A DNA stretch of 64,000 bases from Vicinamibacteria bacterium (GCA_031362685.1 JANLSZ010000354.1:1139-65138); one strand, 5' to 3'. Positions 9,916-19,647 are shown, counted from the first letter of the stretch. Notes: generated by a model from the letters alone, not told the origin. Translations and numbers: made by a program.

Positions 9916-10692
9916 TCAGCGAACGCCGGGGGTGGGGGAGGTCTTCGGTTTCGATGGCGCGGCCGCCGGCGAAGCCTTGGGCACCGCCTTGGGAGCGGTC
10001 GCCGCCGGGCGGGGGGCGGCCTTGGGGGCCGGAGCCACTGCCTTGGTGACCGCGGGAGGGGCGAGGGGCGCGGGCTCCGAGACCACGCGCACTTTGGTGA
10101 TCACCACCGGAGTGACGGGAACGTTCGAGTAGACGCCTTTGGTGGTGGTCGGCACGGCCACGATCTGATCCACAACCTCCATGCCGGAGAGAACTTCACC
10201 AAAGACCGCATAGCCCCAGCCGTCGCGGGAAATCCCGAAATCGAGACCCGGATTGTCTTTCACACTGATGAAGAACTGCGAGGTCGCGCTGTGAGGATCA
10301 TTGGTTCGAGCGAGAGAGAGAGAACCGCGGTGGTTGAGCAGGCCATTCCGGGCCTCGTTGCGAACCGGTGGGTTGGTGGCCTTTTCAACCATCTTGGCGT
10401 CCATTCCGCCCCCCTGGATCATGAAACCTGGGATGACGCGATGGAAAGTTGTTCCGGTATAGAAGCCGCTCTTTACGTAGTTCAGTATGTTGCGGCTGGA
10501 CCGCGGCGCCAGAGTGGCATAGAGGCCGACCTGGATGGTCCCCAGGGTGGTTTCAATCGCGATCACCGCGCCGTCGGGGGTGGGCTTGGCTTCCGGGGCC
10601 GGCGTCTGAGCGGCCACCGGTGCGGTCGCGGCCTGAGTGGCGCCCGCCTGGGCGGCCAGAACCATCAGGGCAAGGATGGATGGGGTGAGCAT
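9916..10692 (-). CDS. Cyclophilin-type peptidyl-prolyl cis-trans isomerase, secreted, with Ala/Pro/Lys-rich C-terminal tail
   Basis: Contains FHRVIPGFMIQGGG, RGSLSLARTNDPHSATSQFFI and GYAVFGEV. It has a signal peptide and a ~60-aa AP-rich tail. Confidence 0.85.
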   Translation of the reverse strand: MLTPSILALMVLAAQAGATQAATAPVAAQTPAPEAKPTPDGAVIAIETTLGTIQVGLYATLAPRSSRNILNYVKSGFYTGTTFHRVIPGFMIQGGGMDAKMVEKATNPPVRNEARNGLLNHRGSLSLARTNDPHSATSQFFISVKDNPGLDFGISRDGWGYAVFGEVLSGMEVVDQIVAVPTTTKGVYSNVPVTPVVITKVRVVSEPAPLAPPAVTKAVAPAPKAAPRPAATAPKAVPKASPAAAPSKPKTSPTPGVR

Positions 10693-10802
10693 GGATCTTT
10701 CTGAAACTCCTCGGTTAAATAGGGTGTGGTGCGGCTAAAGTCTAGCGAAGAGTCCGTGATTCCTCCCATTGGCTTAGAATCCTTGCCCGGTCGGTACTAA
10801 AG

Positions 10803-12296
10803 ATGGTTCTCTTCAACTACTCCACCAAAGAACTCACCGCAAAGGTCGTCTACTACGGCGCCGGCCTGTGCGGGAAGACGACCAACCTGCAATGGATCCA
10901 TGAGCAGCTGCCCATCAAGAACAAGGGCAAGATGCTGTCGCTCGCCACCGAGGCTGACCGCACTCTGTTCTTCGACTTCCTGCCCATCGAGCTGGGCACT
11001 ATCCGGGGAATGAAAACCCGGGTCCAGCTCTACACCGTTCCCGGCCAGGTCTTCTACAACGCGACCCGACGGATGGTGCTCAAGGGAGCGGACTGCGTGG
11101 TGTTCGTGGCCGATTCGCAGGACGCGATGATCGAAGCGAATGCGGACGCCATGAAGAACCTGCGGGAAAACCTCATCGCCAACGAGCTCGACCCCGACAA
11201 CATCCCTATCGTGATTCAGTACAACAAGCGCGATTTGCCCAACGCGGCGCCGCTGGCCGATCTGAACAAGGCCCTCAACGCGCGGGGCGTGCCGTTTGTC
11301 GAAGCGTCGGCGAAAAGCGGGAAGGGCGTCGAAGAGACCCTGAAGGTTGCGACCCAGCTCGTCTTCCGGGTTCTCGCGACCAAATACGGCAACGATGGCA
11401 CCTCGGCGGGAACGAGCGCGATTCAAAAGCCGTCGATCGGAACCAAACCAGCAGCCCCGGCCCCGGTTGCGCCACCGCCACCCGCGCGCGCCACCCCGGG
11501 CCTTCCTCCACCCTCGCGCGTTGCTCCGGCGGCGGCTCCGCCACCCGCGCAGGCCGCTCCTGCAGTTCCGCCACCCGCCCGTGTCGCTCCTGCAGTTCCG
11601 CCGCCCGCCCGCGCCGCTCCTGCGGCTCCGCCGCCCGCCCGCGTCGCGCCGCCGGTTCCAGCACCCGCGCGGGCGGCCGCGCCGGCCAGCCCGCCGGTCT
11701 ACGCATCGGCTGACGACCTTCTCGACTCATTGGGCGGACCGGGACCATCGCCTTCGCCAGTCGACTTCGGCGACCCCCTCGACGCCCTTTCGGGCCCCGG
11801 AGGCGCAGGAGCATCACCGGCGCCCATGGTCGACCCCTTTGGACCCGAACTCTCGCTCGATGGTCTGGGCGAGGCGCCGGGCCCGCGTCCGACACCCGCC
11901 GGCGCAACCGGGGAGCTTGAGTTGGATCTGGGATCGCCCGAGCGGTCGTCCGGTCCCGGCGATCCCTTCGGGTCGGCCCTCGATTCTGAATCCCCTCTTG
12001 ACGATCCCTTCGGCTCGTCGCTTGAAGCGGCCTCGCCGTTCGACTCGCCCACGCCTGCGCGCAAGCCGGCGCCCGGAGGATCGCCGCTCGATTCGATGAT
12101 GGAACTCGGAGCGCCCGGAGGATCGTCGAGCTTCACCTCGGATCCGGTCAACGTCGAGGCATCCGTAAATGTTCCGGCGGGTGCGCTCAAGGCGGATCCG
12201 GTGCAGGTGAGCGTTCCCATCGAGCTCACGCTTTCCGGTTCTGGACGAGACATCCTCATCCCGATAAGACTGCAGTTGAAGATCCGAATCCGATAG
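10803..12296 (+). CDS. mglA: MglA-family Ras-like GTPase fused to a ~300-aa Pro/Ala-rich C-terminal extension
   Basis: The first ~195 aa are near-collinear with Myxococcus MglA: P-loop GAGLCGKTT, TVPGQ in place of DxxGQ, and NKRD. The remainder is low-complexity, with a short structured end (VSVPIELTLSG...LQLKIRIR). Confidence 0.8.
   Translation: MVLFNYSTKELTAKVVYYGAGLCGKTTNLQWIHEQLPIKNKGKMLSLATEADRTLFFDFLPIELGTIRGMKTRVQLYTVPGQVFYNATRRMVLKGADCVVFVADSQDAMIEANADAMKNLRENLIANELDPDNIPIVIQYNKRDLPNAAPLADLNKALNARGVPFVEASAKSGKGVEETLKVATQLVFRVLATKYGNDGTSAGTSAIQKPSIGTKPAAPAPVAPPPPARATPGLPPPSRVAPAAAPPPAQAAPAVPPPARVAPAVPPPARAAPAAPPPARVAPPVPAPARAAAPASPPVYASADDLLDSLGGPGPSPSPVDFGDPLDALSGPGGAGASPAPMVDPFGPELSLDGLGEAPGPRPTPAGATGELELDLGSPERSSGPGDPFGSALDSESPLDDPFGSSLEAASPFDSPTPARKPAPGGSPLDSMMELGAPGGSSSFTSDPVNVEASVNVPAGALKADPVQVSVPIELTLSGSGRDILIPIRLQLKIRIR
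11535..11684 (+). repeat. Five tandem 30-bp coding repeats (decapeptide (A/V)PPPAR(V/A)APA) inside the MglA-like tail
   Basis: Read directly: gctccgccacccgcgcaggccgctcctgca / gttccgccacccgcccgtgtcgctcctgca / gttccgccgcccgcccgcgccgctcctgcg / and so on. Degenerate copies lie upstream (11466-11534). Confidence 0.85.
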
Positions 12297-12311
12297 TCCG
12301 GACTCCGGACT
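12295..12311 (+). terminator. Hairpin immediately after the mglA-like stop (no U-tract)
   Basis: AGTCCGG-ACT-CCGGACT is a perfect 7-bp stem overlapping the TAG. No T-run follows, so terminator function is uncertain. Confidence 0.25.
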
Positions 12312-12376
12312 TCAGACCCGCCCACTCTGAGCGCCGTGGCGGCGGTGGTCACCCCCATTCAGCAGGAGACAGCCCA

Positions 12377-15133
12377 ATGTCCATACGCCTCGCCTCGCGA
12401 GTGGTCGCGATTCTGAGCCTCTTCCTCTTCTTCTTCTCCTCCAGATCCGAAGCGCAGCTCGCGCCGCTTCCTCAGGATCAGGGCGCCACCGGTCTTGGTA
12501 TCGCGCTGCGTCGACTGCCGGTGTCGTTCAACGTCCTCTACGTCACCGCGCATCCGGATGACGAGAACAACGGCGTACTCACTTTGCTTTCCCGGGGCCT
12601 CGGCGTCCGCGCCGGTTTGCTCACCGTCACCCGCGGCGATGGCGGCCAGAACGAGATCGGCCCCGAACTTTTCCAGGCCATCGGCATTCTGCGCACCGAG
12701 GAACTCGCCGGAGTCCACCGCTACGACGCGGCCGAGCAGTACTTCACCAAGGCCTACGAGTTCGGTTATTCGTTCAGCGTGGAAGAGACGCTCCAGAAGT
12801 GGGGCAAGGAAGAGATCCTCGACGATGTCGTACGGGTGTTCCGCAGTTTCCGCCCCGATGTGGTCCTCACCCTCTCTCTCGAGGCGCCCGGCGGCGGGCA
12901 GCATCATCAGACCACTGCACGTCTCGCGAAAGAGGCGTTCCGGGTGGCCGCTGACCCGACGCGGTTCCCCGAACAGATCAAGGAAGGCCTTCTTCCCTGG
13001 CAGGCCCTGCGCGACTATCAGGGCGGAGTCGGGGGCGGCCTTGAACGACTCGAAGGTGAGGCCACCACGGTCGCGACCAACGGCTTCGATCCGCTTCTCG
13101 GCATGAGCTATGCGGAGTTCGGTTCCATCGGTCGCTCGTTCCACAAGTGCCAGGGCGGCGGCCAGTTGAAGAGCGATCCCGGCGACGGTCGCGCCACCTA
13201 CTACATCGTCGACTCCGAACCGAAGATCGCGGGCGGCGGAACTTCGATCCTGCCCGAGGACATCTCGGTGAAGGCCCTGATTCGCTTCGCGAAGGGTGAA
13301 GAGGACAAGGCCCCTTTCCTCGCCGCCGGACTCGCGGGCATTCAGGACGCAGCGGCCGAAGCGGTCGGGGCCTACGATCCCAAATCGCTCAGCAAGGTCG
13401 TTCCCGCTCTGCGCAAAGGCATGGGCGCGACGCGTGCGCTGATCGCGCAGGTGAAGGGCAGCGGCCTGTCGAACCTTGCCCGGACGAACTTCCTCAATCG
13501 CCTCGAGCGCAAGGTCACCGAGTTCGAGCAGGCGCTGATCCTGGCTCACGGCGTGGTGTTCCAGGCGGTGGCGAACGACGACAACGTGGTGCGCGGGCAG
13601 GCCTTCGACGTGAGGGCTCTCGTGGTCAATCAGGGCAACGAACCCGTGCGAGTCGAAGATGTTTCACTTGCCGTTCCGAACGGCTGGACGGTCACGGGCA
13701 AGCTCGACAAGACGGGCGACCTCGCGCCCGGCCAGAAGGCGCAGGGAACGTTCACGGTCACAACCGGCGCGGCCGCGCGCTACACCCAACCGTATTGGAA
13801 GCGCAACTTCAAGGTGGATCGGTACGACATCGAGATTGCCGGTGATCTGACCCTGCCCTGGAGCCCGTCGGACGTTCAGGCCCGGTTCAGTTTCAGCAGC
13901 GCCGGGACCACGTTCGGCCGCACCCAGGCCGCGCAGTATCGATATGAAGGACCCTGGGTGGGCGGAGAGAAGCAGAAGGAAGTGAACATCGTCCCCGTGC
14001 TCTCGGTGCACCTCACTCCCGAGATCGTGGTAGCGCCGAAGTCCACGGCCGCGGTGAAGCGCGAGCTTCGCGTCGCCATCAAGAATGGCAGCAAGAGCGC
14101 GGTCGACGCGGTGGTGAAGATCGACGCCGGCAAGCTGAAGGTCGAGCCCGCTTCGACGCCGGTGAAGTTCCGCTACGAAGGCGAGGAGCTGACCGTGCGG
14201 TTCTTCGTGACTGTGCCTCCGGGGACGCCGGAGTCCGAGTTCACCCTCAAAGCATCAGCGACGGCGAATGGCGAGACGTTCGCGCAGGGCTATCAGGTCA
14301 TCGCCTACGATCACACCCAGGAGCGCCATCTCTTCCACGACGCGGCTTCCGTCCTGCGCGTGCAGGACGTGAAGGTGGCGCCGGGCGTGCGCATCGGCTA
14401 CATCATGGGTACCGGTGACGAAACCCGGGACGCCATCGAACAGCTCGGCGTTCCCGTCACCATGCTGAACGCCGACGATCTCGCGTATGGAGATCTCTCG
14501 AAGTACACGTCCATCGTGACCGGCACTCGCGCCTTCCAGAGTCGCAACGACTTGAAGGCCAACTACGCGCGAGTGATGAAGTACGTGGAGGAGGGCGGCA
14601 ATCTGGTGGTTCAGTACAACAAGTTCGAGTTCAACGTCCTGGCGCAGCCCGCGTTCGCCGGGGGCTTCTCCGGCGGACCCGGCGGCGGTCCGGGCGGCGG
14701 CGGCGGCGCACGCGCGGTTCAGGATTCGCCTTTCGCGCCCTGGCCCGCGTCGGTCACGTCGAATCGCGTGACCGTGGAGGAAGCGCCGATCGAGATCGTG
14801 GCCCCAATGTCGCGCCTCGTCACCGTGCCGAACAAGATCACGTCACGCGACTTCGACGGCTGGGTGCAGGAGCGCGGCCTCTACTTCTTTGGCGCGCGTG
14901 ACCCGAAGTACGTGGATGTGTTGAAGTCGGCGGATCCGTGGCCGAAGAATCCCGGCGAGAAGAAGGGTCTCCTCGTCGAGACCACGGTCGGCAAGGGGAC
15001 ATGGAGCTACGTGGGGCTCGGGCTCTTCCGGCAACTTCCGTCAGGAACGCCGGGCGCCTATCGCATCCTCGCGAATCTCATCTCGCGCCCGTCCGGCGTG
15101 GTCGTTGGGGTCAAGCGCAACGCGGTCCAGTAG
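12377..15133 (+). CDS. Large secreted PIG-L/LmbE-family deacetylase multidomain protein
   Basis: It has a signal peptide, and LYVTAHPDDENNG is the PIG-L signature. The C-terminal region IGYIMGTGDE...GNLVVQYNK is glutamine-amidotransferase/ThuA-like. Confidence 0.7.
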   Translation: MSIRLASRVVAILSLFLFFFSSRSEAQLAPLPQDQGATGLGIALRRLPVSFNVLYVTAHPDDENNGVLTLLSRGLGVRAGLLTVTRGDGGQNEIGPELFQAIGILRTEELAGVHRYDAAEQYFTKAYEFGYSFSVEETLQKWGKEEILDDVVRVFRSFRPDVVLTLSLEAPGGGQHHQTTARLAKEAFRVAADPTRFPEQIKEGLLPWQALRDYQGGVGGGLERLEGEATTVATNGFDPLLGMSYAEFGSIGRSFHKCQGGGQLKSDPGDGRATYYIVDSEPKIAGGGTSILPEDISVKALIRFAKGEEDKAPFLAAGLAGIQDAAAEAVGAYDPKSLSKVVPALRKGMGATRALIAQVKGSGLSNLARTNFLNRLERKVTEFEQALILAHGVVFQAVANDDNVVRGQAFDVRALVVNQGNEPVRVEDVSLAVPNGWTVTGKLDKTGDLAPGQKAQGTFTVTTGAAARYTQPYWKRNFKVDRYDIEIAGDLTLPWSPSDVQARFSFSSAGTTFGRTQAAQYRYEGPWVGGEKQKEVNIVPVLSVHLTPEIVVAPKSTAAVKRELRVAIKNGSKSAVDAVVKIDAGKLKVEPASTPVKFRYEGEELTVRFFVTVPPGTPESEFTLKASATANGETFAQGYQVIAYDHTQERHLFHDAASVLRVQDVKVAPGVRIGYIMGTGDETRDAIEQLGVPVTMLNADDLAYGDLSKYTSIVTGTRAFQSRNDLKANYARVMKYVEEGGNLVVQYNKFEFNVLAQPAFAGGFSGGPGGGPGGGGGARAVQDSPFAPWPASVTSNRVTVEEAPIEIVAPMSRLVTVPNKITSRDFDGWVQERGLYFFGARDPKYVDVLKSADPWPKNPGEKKGLLVETTVGKGTWSYVGLGLFRQLPSGTPGAYRILANLISRPSGVVVGVKRNAVQ

Positions 15134-15165
15134 GTCGTCTCGAGAGAGAGGGCCAGCCGGCGACC

Positions 15166-17091
15166 CTACCAGCGGGAAGGACCGGTCTGGCCCAGCGCGG
15201 CGAGGGCTGCGGTTGCCTCGCTATTGAGCGGGTCGAGCGCGAGGACCCGCCCGAAGGCGACGCGAGCCCGCGCGGGGATCCCCGCGTCCTTGAACATTCT
15301 GCCGAGAGCCAGCTGAACCGCCACGTTCCCAGGTTCGGTGCGCGCGAGGTCCTCCAGGTTCTGCTGGGCCGCCTGCGCCAGGCTGGGGATCTTCGCTTGA
15401 GTCTCGCCGACCAGGATCCTGATCGCCGTGGCCTCCGGTGTTCCTTCCGCGAGCCACTGCGCCCTGGCCAGACACTCGAGGGCCTCCCAGATTTTCGACT
15501 CGCCAATCAGGGTTCGCGCAATCGCCACCTCTTCCTGAACGGTGGCGGTGCGGGGAGCGGGCGGCACGGGAGCGGGCAGCACGGGAGCGGCCGGGCCGGA
15601 CGGTCGCTTCGCTGGACCAGGTGCTGGAACAAATGAAGTCGGACTGGCCACGAACACCGGCGAGCGCGGTCCGGACCCAACCCTGGGTGGCGAGGCGGGC
15701 GGAGGGGTCGGGCCCAAATTTCGGGACGGGGGGGTCGGGCCCGAATTTCGGGCCGTATGCGTCGGACCCGAGGCTTTGGGACCGCGGCGCTGCGTCTTGT
15801 CGGTCCCCACCAGCCGATCGGGCGCGCGGTTTCCCAGGAACTCGATGCCAACTCGGGTGATGTGATCGGTCCCGTGGCTGATGTTGCGAACGATGGCGCC
15901 GGTCTCGAAGTCTCCACCCACCTCGATGACCTTGACTTGATCGCCCGCCTCGAGATCCGACCAGCTGGTGAGAATCCGCATGCCGGTGCGAGAGAGATCG
16001 TGAGCCACCGTTCTCTCCTCCTTCTCGGCGGCTCCGTCGGCGCCGAGCTTGCGGAGGACCACATCGGTCGGGAGGTAGATTCGTTCTTCCTTGCGGGCAT
16101 CTTTGTGCGACCGTGCCGGCACCGGCGCCGGATTTTCCGCCAACGGCTTTCCCGGAGCGGCTTCGGGCGGAGGTGCGGTCGGCTCGTGAATCGCCGCCGA
16201 CCGCAGGGCCTGAGCGAATTCCTGGGCCGAGGCGAAACGATCGGCTGCGGCCTTGGCCAAAGCGCGACGCAGGGCGGGAACGAATCGACGTGGAACTCTC
16301 AACCCCTGCTCGTCGTCGAACGACGGCATGTCCTGGATCTGCTTGAAGAGCGTGGCCATGGGGGTGGCGCCCCGGATCGGGATGTCCCCGGTGAAGAGTT
16401 CGAAGGCCAGGATGCCAAGAGCGTAGACATCACTCCGAAAATCGAGGGCGTCGCCCCGGCATTGTTCGGGGCTCATGTACTCCGGGGTGCCAAAGGCCTC
16501 GCCGGCGGCGGTCTGGCCCTGGGACATTAGATCTTTGGCGATGCCGAAGTCGACCAGCCGCACCACTCCGCGCTCGTCCCGCGAAGCGTTGGCGGTCTTG
16601 AGGTCGCGGTGCAGGATCCCCACGTCGTGGATGGCCTGAAGACCGGAGGCGATCTGGAGGACGGCCGAGAGAGCCTCGGCCTCCGGAAGTCCCTTGGGCT
16701 GCTCCTTCAAGGTCTTCTGGAGATCCTGACCCTCGAGGATCTCCATGGAGATATAGCCGAGGGGCCCCTCCTCACCGTAGTCATGGATCCGGCAGACGTT
16801 GGGATGAGAGACCTTGCGCGCCAGTTTGATCTCGCCTCGGAAACGACGCACCGCGTCGGCGTGGGCAGACAGGTCGGTCCGGAGGACCTTGATCGCCACT
16901 TCTTCTTCCAGCAGGCGATCGAAGGCTCGATAGACGAGACCCATCCCCCCTTTGCCGAGAACCGCGCGCAGTTCGTAGCGGGAGGCAAGAACCGACCCCA
17001 GGGCCAGGGTGTTCAGCGAACGGCCGCAGGCCAGACAGGCATCAGCGCCGGCATCAATCGGCGCGGCACACGACGGGCACTCCATGGTCAT
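15166..17091 (-). CDS. Hanks-type Ser/Thr protein kinase with N-terminal zinc ribbon, PilZ domain and C-terminal TPR-like domain
   Basis: The ribbon is CPSCAAP...CLACG. Kinase motifs are GKGGMGLVY, AIK, HRDLK, DFG and TPEYMSPE. PilZ motifs are RKEER (RxxxR) and DLSRTG (DxSxxG). A TPR-like C-terminus follows. Confidence 0.85.
   Translation of the reverse strand: MTMECPSCAAPIDAGADACLACGRSLNTLALGSVLASRYELRAVLGKGGMGLVYRAFDRLLEEEVAIKVLRTDLSAHADAVRRFRGEIKLARKVSHPNVCRIHDYGEEGPLGYISMEILEGQDLQKTLKEQPKGLPEAEALSAVLQIASGLQAIHDVGILHRDLKTANASRDERGVVRLVDFGIAKDLMSQGQTAAGEAFGTPEYMSPEQCRGDALDFRSDVYALGILAFELFTGDIPIRGATPMATLFKQIQDMPSFDDEQGLRVPRRFVPALRRALAKAAADRFASAQEFAQALRSAAIHEPTAPPPEAAPGKPLAENPAPVPARSHKDARKEERIYLPTDVVLRKLGADGAAEKEERTVAHDLSRTGMRILTSWSDLEAGDQVKVIEVGGDFETGAIVRNISHGTDHITRVGIEFLGNRAPDRLVGTDKTQRRGPKASGPTHTARNSGPTPPSRNLGPTPPPASPPRVGSGPRSPVFVASPTSFVPAPGPAKRPSGPAAPVLPAPVPPAPRTATVQEEVAIARTLIGESKIWEALECLARAQWLAEGTPEATAIRILVGETQAKIPSLAQAAQQNLEDLARTEPGNVAVQLALGRMFKDAGIPARARVAFGRVLALDPLNSEATAALAALGQTGPSRW
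15707..15787 (-). repeat. Three tandem 27-bp coding repeats in the kinase PilZ-TPR linker
   Basis: gtcgggcccaaatttcgggacgggggg / gtcgggcccgaatttcgggccgtatgc / gtcggacccgaggctttgggaccgcgg. They encode repeated xxGPTxxxR nonapeptides on the minus strand. Confidence 0.6.
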
Positions 17092-17293
17092 TGGATCAGA
17101 TGCGGGGGGGCCTTGTTACATCCACGGAAAGGGCGGATGAAATGGAACAGCTAAAGGAAGATGGCGGAGTCTACCTCCGCCGCCGGGGAGGATTCACGCC
17201 CCCCTGAAGAGGAACACCGCCGTCACGTCGTCACGTCCCCGGACCCGCGCCCGTTGCTGAGCCTCTCCCGCAACAGAGTCGACAGAACCGCAG

Positions 17294-18397
17294 TTATCGG
17301 CGTTTAGCGGGATCGCTCAACGCCGCGAGGGCTGCGGTCGCCTCGCGATTCTTCGGATCGAGGGCAAGCACTTGCTGGAAGGCGAGTCGAGCTCGCGCGG
17401 CCAGGCCTTTCCCGAAGAACATTCTCCCGAGCGCCGAATGAGCGGCCACGTCCCCGGGCTCGCTCCGCGCGAGGTCTTCGAGATTTTGTTGAGCGGCCCG
17501 CATCAGGCTCGGGACCTTCGCTTGAGTCTCCCAGGTCAGAATCCTGACCGCCTTGGCCTCTGGTGTTCCTTCCGCGAGGGCCTGCGCCTTCGAAAGACAC
17601 TCGAGAGCCTCCCATATCTTCGACTCGCCGATCAGCCCTCGCGCCGTCGCGCGCACGGCCGCAATCTCCTCCAGGACATTCTCGGCCGAGCGCCCGGCGG
17701 CCACGGGGGCGCCGGACGGTTGCCCCCCCGCTTCCCTTGGTGGAACAGGGGAGGTCGGATTGGGCGCGACCGCGGGCCGCGGGATCCAACCCGTGGTTGC
17801 GGGCCGCGACTGGGAAGCGGATGTCCCCAACCGGGGGATCTGACTCGAAGCTCGAGGAGGAGGGAGCGAAGCGGAAGTTCCCCCGGGCGGAACCGCAGAG
17901 CGCTGAACGGTGCTGAAAACGGGTCGCCTTATGCTGGTGGTGGTCCCAACCAGCCGGTCCGGGGCTCGATTCTCGACGAATTCGATACCGGCCCGCGTAA
18001 TCTGATCCGTGCCGCGGCGGACGTGGCGAACGATGGCCCCGGTCGAGAAATTCCCTCCCACTTCCTGCACCGAGACCTGATCGCCCTCGGCCAGATCCGA
18101 CCAGCTGGTGAGAACTCGCATGCCGCTCCGAGAGAGATCGTGGGCGATGGTTCTCTCCTCTTTCTCCGGCACGCCGTCCGGACCAACTTTACGAAGGAGC
18201 AGGTCCGTGGGGAGCTCGAAGCGTTCGTCCCTGCGGGCGCCCTTGCCGAGGGCGGGCGCTCCAGAATCAGGGGTCGGCGACAACGGCGCGGGTGAAGCCA
18301 CGGCCGAGGCCAGGGGCGACAAGGAACGACCACAGATCGAACATGCATTTGCGCCAGCCTCAGTGGCGGCGGCACAGAACGGGCAGGGAAGGGTCAT
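17294..18397 (-). CDS. Zinc-ribbon / PilZ / TPR-like protein, kinase-less paralog of the adjacent kinase
   Basis: MTLPCPFCAAATEAGANACSICGRSL parallels the kinase N-terminus. PilZ motifs RRDER and DLSRSG are present, and the C-terminal ~115 aa are highly similar to the kinase C-terminus. The ORF is listed to 18424. ATG 18397 was chosen by alignment to the paralog. Confidence 0.75.
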   Translation of the reverse strand: MTLPCPFCAAATEAGANACSICGRSLSPLASAVASPAPLSPTPDSGAPALGKGARRDERFELPTDLLLRKVGPDGVPEKEERTIAHDLSRSGMRVLTSWSDLAEGDQVSVQEVGGNFSTGAIVRHVRRGTDQITRAGIEFVENRAPDRLVGTTTSIRRPVFSTVQRSAVPPGGTSASLPPPRASSQIPRLGTSASQSRPATTGWIPRPAVAPNPTSPVPPREAGGQPSGAPVAAGRSAENVLEEIAAVRATARGLIGESKIWEALECLSKAQALAEGTPEAKAVRILTWETQAKVPSLMRAAQQNLEDLARSEPGDVAAHSALGRMFFGKGLAARARLAFQQVLALDPKNREATAALAALSDPAKRR

Positions 18398-18459
18398 TGG
18401 CGCGGCTTCAGCGAAACTGTACAACCGCCCACTGGCAAGAGCCGAAAGGACCGACTCCC

Positions 18460-19647
18460 CTACTTCTCCAGATCGCTCCCTCGCACCAGCGCCTCCTTGC
18501 CGAATTTCTCCCGCACCTTGTCCCGGAGTTCGTCGATCCGGGCGCCCCGCTTCGGGGCCGCCTCCTCGAACAGCGACTTCTGTGCCGGCTCTTCAAACCC
18601 GGAAACTCCGATGCCGAGGAGACGCACCTTCAACGAACCGTGGACCTCGTCGAAAAGCGCCGCCGTAGCTTCGAAGAGTTCGGAAGCGATATTGGTGGGA
18701 GCCTTTCGCGTGCGCGCGTGGGTTCGGGTCTTGAAGGTCTCATCGCGATACTTGAGGGTGATGGTCCGCCCGGCGAGAGACTCGGCGCGAAGGCGACGGG
18801 AAAGTTCGTCGGCGAGGTGCAGCAGAGTCTTGCGTAGTGCGCGCGGGCTGCCTTCATCCACGTCGAATGTGTGCTCCACCGAAACGCTTCGGGCGGGCCC
18901 CGAGTCCGAGACCACCGGCCGATCGTCTTCACCCCGGGCCAGGCGCTGCAGATCGAGGCCATGCGTGCCGAGGAGCCTGGTCCCCTTCGCATCGGCCAGT
19001 TGACCGACGGTGTGAATACCGAGTCTGGCCAGGCGCTCTTCCATCTTCGGCCCGACGCCCCACAGGCGGCGCACCGGCAGCGGGGCCAGGAACGCTCGCT
19101 CCGTTCCCGGAAGCACCACCACCAGGCCATCGGGCTTCTCGAGATCGGAGGCGATCTTGGCGATGAGCTTGGCCGTCGCCACACCCACGGACGCCGTCAG
19201 TTTCGTCTGCTCGCGAATCTGAGCCTTGATTCTCCGGGCGATCGTCTGTCCATCTCCGAAGAGCCGGACGCTCGCGGTGACGTCGAGGAAGGCTTCATCC
19301 ACTGAGATCGGCTCCACCAGGTCCGTGAAGGCCTCGAAGACGGTGCGGATCTCCTTCGAGACCGCGCTGTATTTCGCCATGTCGGGCGAGATGAAGATGC
19401 CCTGCGGACAAAGGCGGTATGCGGTCGAGATCGGCATGGCGCTCACCACCCCGAACTTCCGGGCCGCGTAGCTCGCGGTCGACACCACTCCCCGCCCGGT
19501 TCCCCCCTTGGGGTCGGCGCCGATGATCACCGGCTTTCCGCGCAACTCCGGACGATCCCTTTCCTCCACGGCGGCGTAGAACGCATCCATATCGACGTGA
19601 AGAATCGTCCGTGGTGCGTTCGTTTTCAATCGGGAGTCGGGCGGCAT
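18460..19647 (-). CDS. dinB: DNA polymerase IV (Y-family)
   Basis: ILHVDMDAFYAAVEERDRPELRGKPVIIG... and SIDEAFLDVT are canonical DinB motifs, and the length fits. Confidence 0.9.
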   Translation of the reverse strand: MPPDSRLKTNAPRTILHVDMDAFYAAVEERDRPELRGKPVIIGADPKGGTGRGVVSTASYAARKFGVVSAMPISTAYRLCPQGIFISPDMAKYSAVSKEIRTVFEAFTDLVEPISVDEAFLDVTASVRLFGDGQTIARRIKAQIREQTKLTASVGVATAKLIAKIASDLEKPDGLVVVLPGTERAFLAPLPVRRLWGVGPKMEERLARLGIHTVGQLADAKGTRLLGTHGLDLQRLARGEDDRPVVSDSGPARSVSVEHTFDVDEGSPRALRKTLLHLADELSRRLRAESLAGRTITLKYRDETFKTRTHARTRKAPTNIASELFEATAALFDEVHGSLKVRLLGIGVSGFEEPAQKSLFEEAAPKRGARIDELRDKVREKFGKEALVRGSDLEK

